Virus record (IMG/VR): IMGVR_UViG_3300044739_000018
Span: 99,482 to 163,481 of that record
Source of the DNA: a virus
Direction: 5' to 3' (one strand)
Length of the DNA: 64,000 bases
Shown here one piece after another: positions 62,787 through 64,000 of the stretch. Every line of letters begins with the position of its first letter. Position 1 is the first letter of the stretch. The position numbers and the translations under genes are program-made. The notes under the pieces were generated by a model. The model was not told the origin of the DNA. It ran no database searches and saw only the letters and a program-made list of their open reading frames with translations.

Positions 62787-64000
62787 ATGGCAATCAAGGC
62801 AGGCCAGATTCTCCACGACGCCAACGGATTCGTCATCGACAGGATCCAGACGGGTGGAATCTCTGGGCTTAACATCCCGGAAGAAAAGATCTACGAGCTA
62901 GGTAACTATCAGACGGTTGCGACCGTCCGAGACATTCCTGACCTGAGCTTCGAGATGGAGTCCCTGGACGTTTCAACGGAAGTTGAAGCTCTCCTCCACG
63001 GGCAGGATCCCACCACCACCAACGACGGCGACATGTTTGACTTCCTGGGCGCAATGCCTCTCGATGTCATCTCGCCTTTCAAGTCGGGCAACGGCAACTT
63101 CGACATCGTTCGCGGCATCGCCATTCCGTACTTGACCCTGGAGAATGCCACCTACCGCTTCGGTGTGCGGCAGAACTCCACCCAGTCCTTCACCCTGCGC
63201 GGCGACAGCGTGATGTATGCACCGGGCACGCCGAAGTTCCAGTCCTTCACCATCTCTGGTGCGGGTCCCTACACCTTCAGCGCCACTCCGACCATCCCGT
63301 ACGTCGAGGCTGGCGACACCCTCTACGCGTGGGGCGTCTGCCTGAAGAACCCGACCACAGGTGCCTACAAGCGGCTGTTCTTTGAGGCTGGCGGCTCCAG
63401 TGGCTACACGAACAACTCCACCACCTTCACCCTCCAGGCCGTTCCGGACGCTGCCTACACCGAGGTCCATGTGGTCTACGGAACCACGGCGGCCACGAGC
63501 TACCCGCAGACCGTCCACCAGGGAACGTCCGTTAAGCCCGCCACCGTCCGAGGCAAGGACATTGATGTCTACGTCTCCACGGCCAGCGCCACGACCGTTC
63601 TCGGTCGCTGGTCAGGCGTGCAGTCGGTCGAGGTCACCCGGTCAGTCGCCCTCGACAACGACGAGGAGTTCGGCAACGCCCACTATGTGGCGCAGGACTA
63701 CGACACCGCAGACGTAACCGGCAACATCACGATCAAGCCTGCCGACCCGGCAGACCTGTGGGCCAAGATCGCCCAGATCTCCAACGTTGCCACCAACGAG
63801 GCGGCTGGTGCCCTTACGAGCGCACCGCTGGCCGTCGAGATCCGTGTCTACGACCCGGACGACCACAGCAACCTGCTCAAGACCCTGTACGTCCCTGATG
63901 CCCGCTTCCAGGTTCCGGCCATCCAGGGCACCGTGCAGCAGAAGCTCACCACGCAGTTCAACTTCACCTCGGACGGTGGAGTGCTTGAGGTTTACCAGGG
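62787..64000 (+). CDS. Major tail (tube) protein, 3' truncated by window edge
   Basis: AGGAGG SD; MAIKAGQILH...EKIYELGNYQTVATVRDIPDLSF; open to window end. Confidence 0.75.
   Translation, partial: MAIKAGQILHDANGFVIDRIQTGGISGLNIPEEKIYELGNYQTVATVRDIPDLSFEMESLDVSTEVEALLHGQDPTTTNDGDMFDFLGAMPLDVISPFKSGNGNFDIVRGIAIPYLTLENATYRFGVRQNSTQSFTLRGDSVMYAPGTPKFQSFTISGAGPYTFSATPTIPYVEAGDTLYAWGVCLKNPTTGAYKRLFFEAGGSSGYTNNSTTFTLQAVPDAAYTEVHVVYGTTAATSYPQTVHQGTSVKPATVRGKDIDVYVSTASATTVLGRWSGVQSVEVTRSVALDNDEEFGNAHYVAQDYDTADVTGNITIKPADPADLWAKIAQISNVATNEAAGALTSAPLAVEIRVYDPDDHSNLLKTLYVPDARFQVPAIQGTVQQKLTTQFNFTSDGGVLEVYQ

Noticed and set aside
1-64000. Genome-wide TAG recoding (genetic code 15-like)
   Set aside because: Long structural genes have no in-frame TAG, and several genes end in TAG exactly where the next gene starts or overlaps (33447, 37157, 44538). 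Only the pth-like gene is interrupted.
1-64000. Prophage boundary, integrase or host chromosome
   Set aside because: No integrase, att-like duplication of a tRNA 3' end or host housekeeping operon is visible. The whole window looks phage-like.

Overview
This is a 64-kb segment of a large tailed (siphovirus-like) bacteriophage genome. The host is most likely an actinobacterium, judged from high GC, an Rpf-type transglycosylase and an actinobacterial-type ferredoxin. Layout: (i) 1-8.6 kb, accessory genes (hemerythrin, ferredoxin, alpha/beta hydrolase, TrmH/SpoU methyltransferase, SLOG/DUF2493, VWA, dCMP deaminase); (ii) 8.6-22.4 kb, a giant translation-RNA island with about 43 tRNA genes for all 20 amino acids, tmRNA, an RNase P RNA and many unassigned structured RNAs; (iii) 22.5-38.5 kb, HU, holin, metallophosphoesterase, Rpf, LexA-like HTH, RusA and a cluster of 7 glycosyltransferases plus methyltransferases; (iv) 38.6-64 kb, virion morphogenesis from terminase to major tail protein. 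The strongest candidate for an undescribed system is a minus-strand operon at 1672-362 that the ORF track misses. It holds a Pth2-family peptidyl-tRNA hydrolase gene interrupted by an in-frame amber codon at codon 5, followed directly by two tRNA(CUA) amber-suppressor genes, four aberrant tRNA-like RNAs and an HNH gene. Other highlights are an ncRNA reproducing the 23S rRNA GTPase-associated centre (H43/H44) with a ~140-nt insertion, three circularly permuted YrlA-like tRNA mimics, ORFs whose stop codons lie inside tRNA genes, and a recurrent A(A/T/C)T-N13/14-G(C/T)CGA promoter motif. All structures were folded by eye and no database searches were run.
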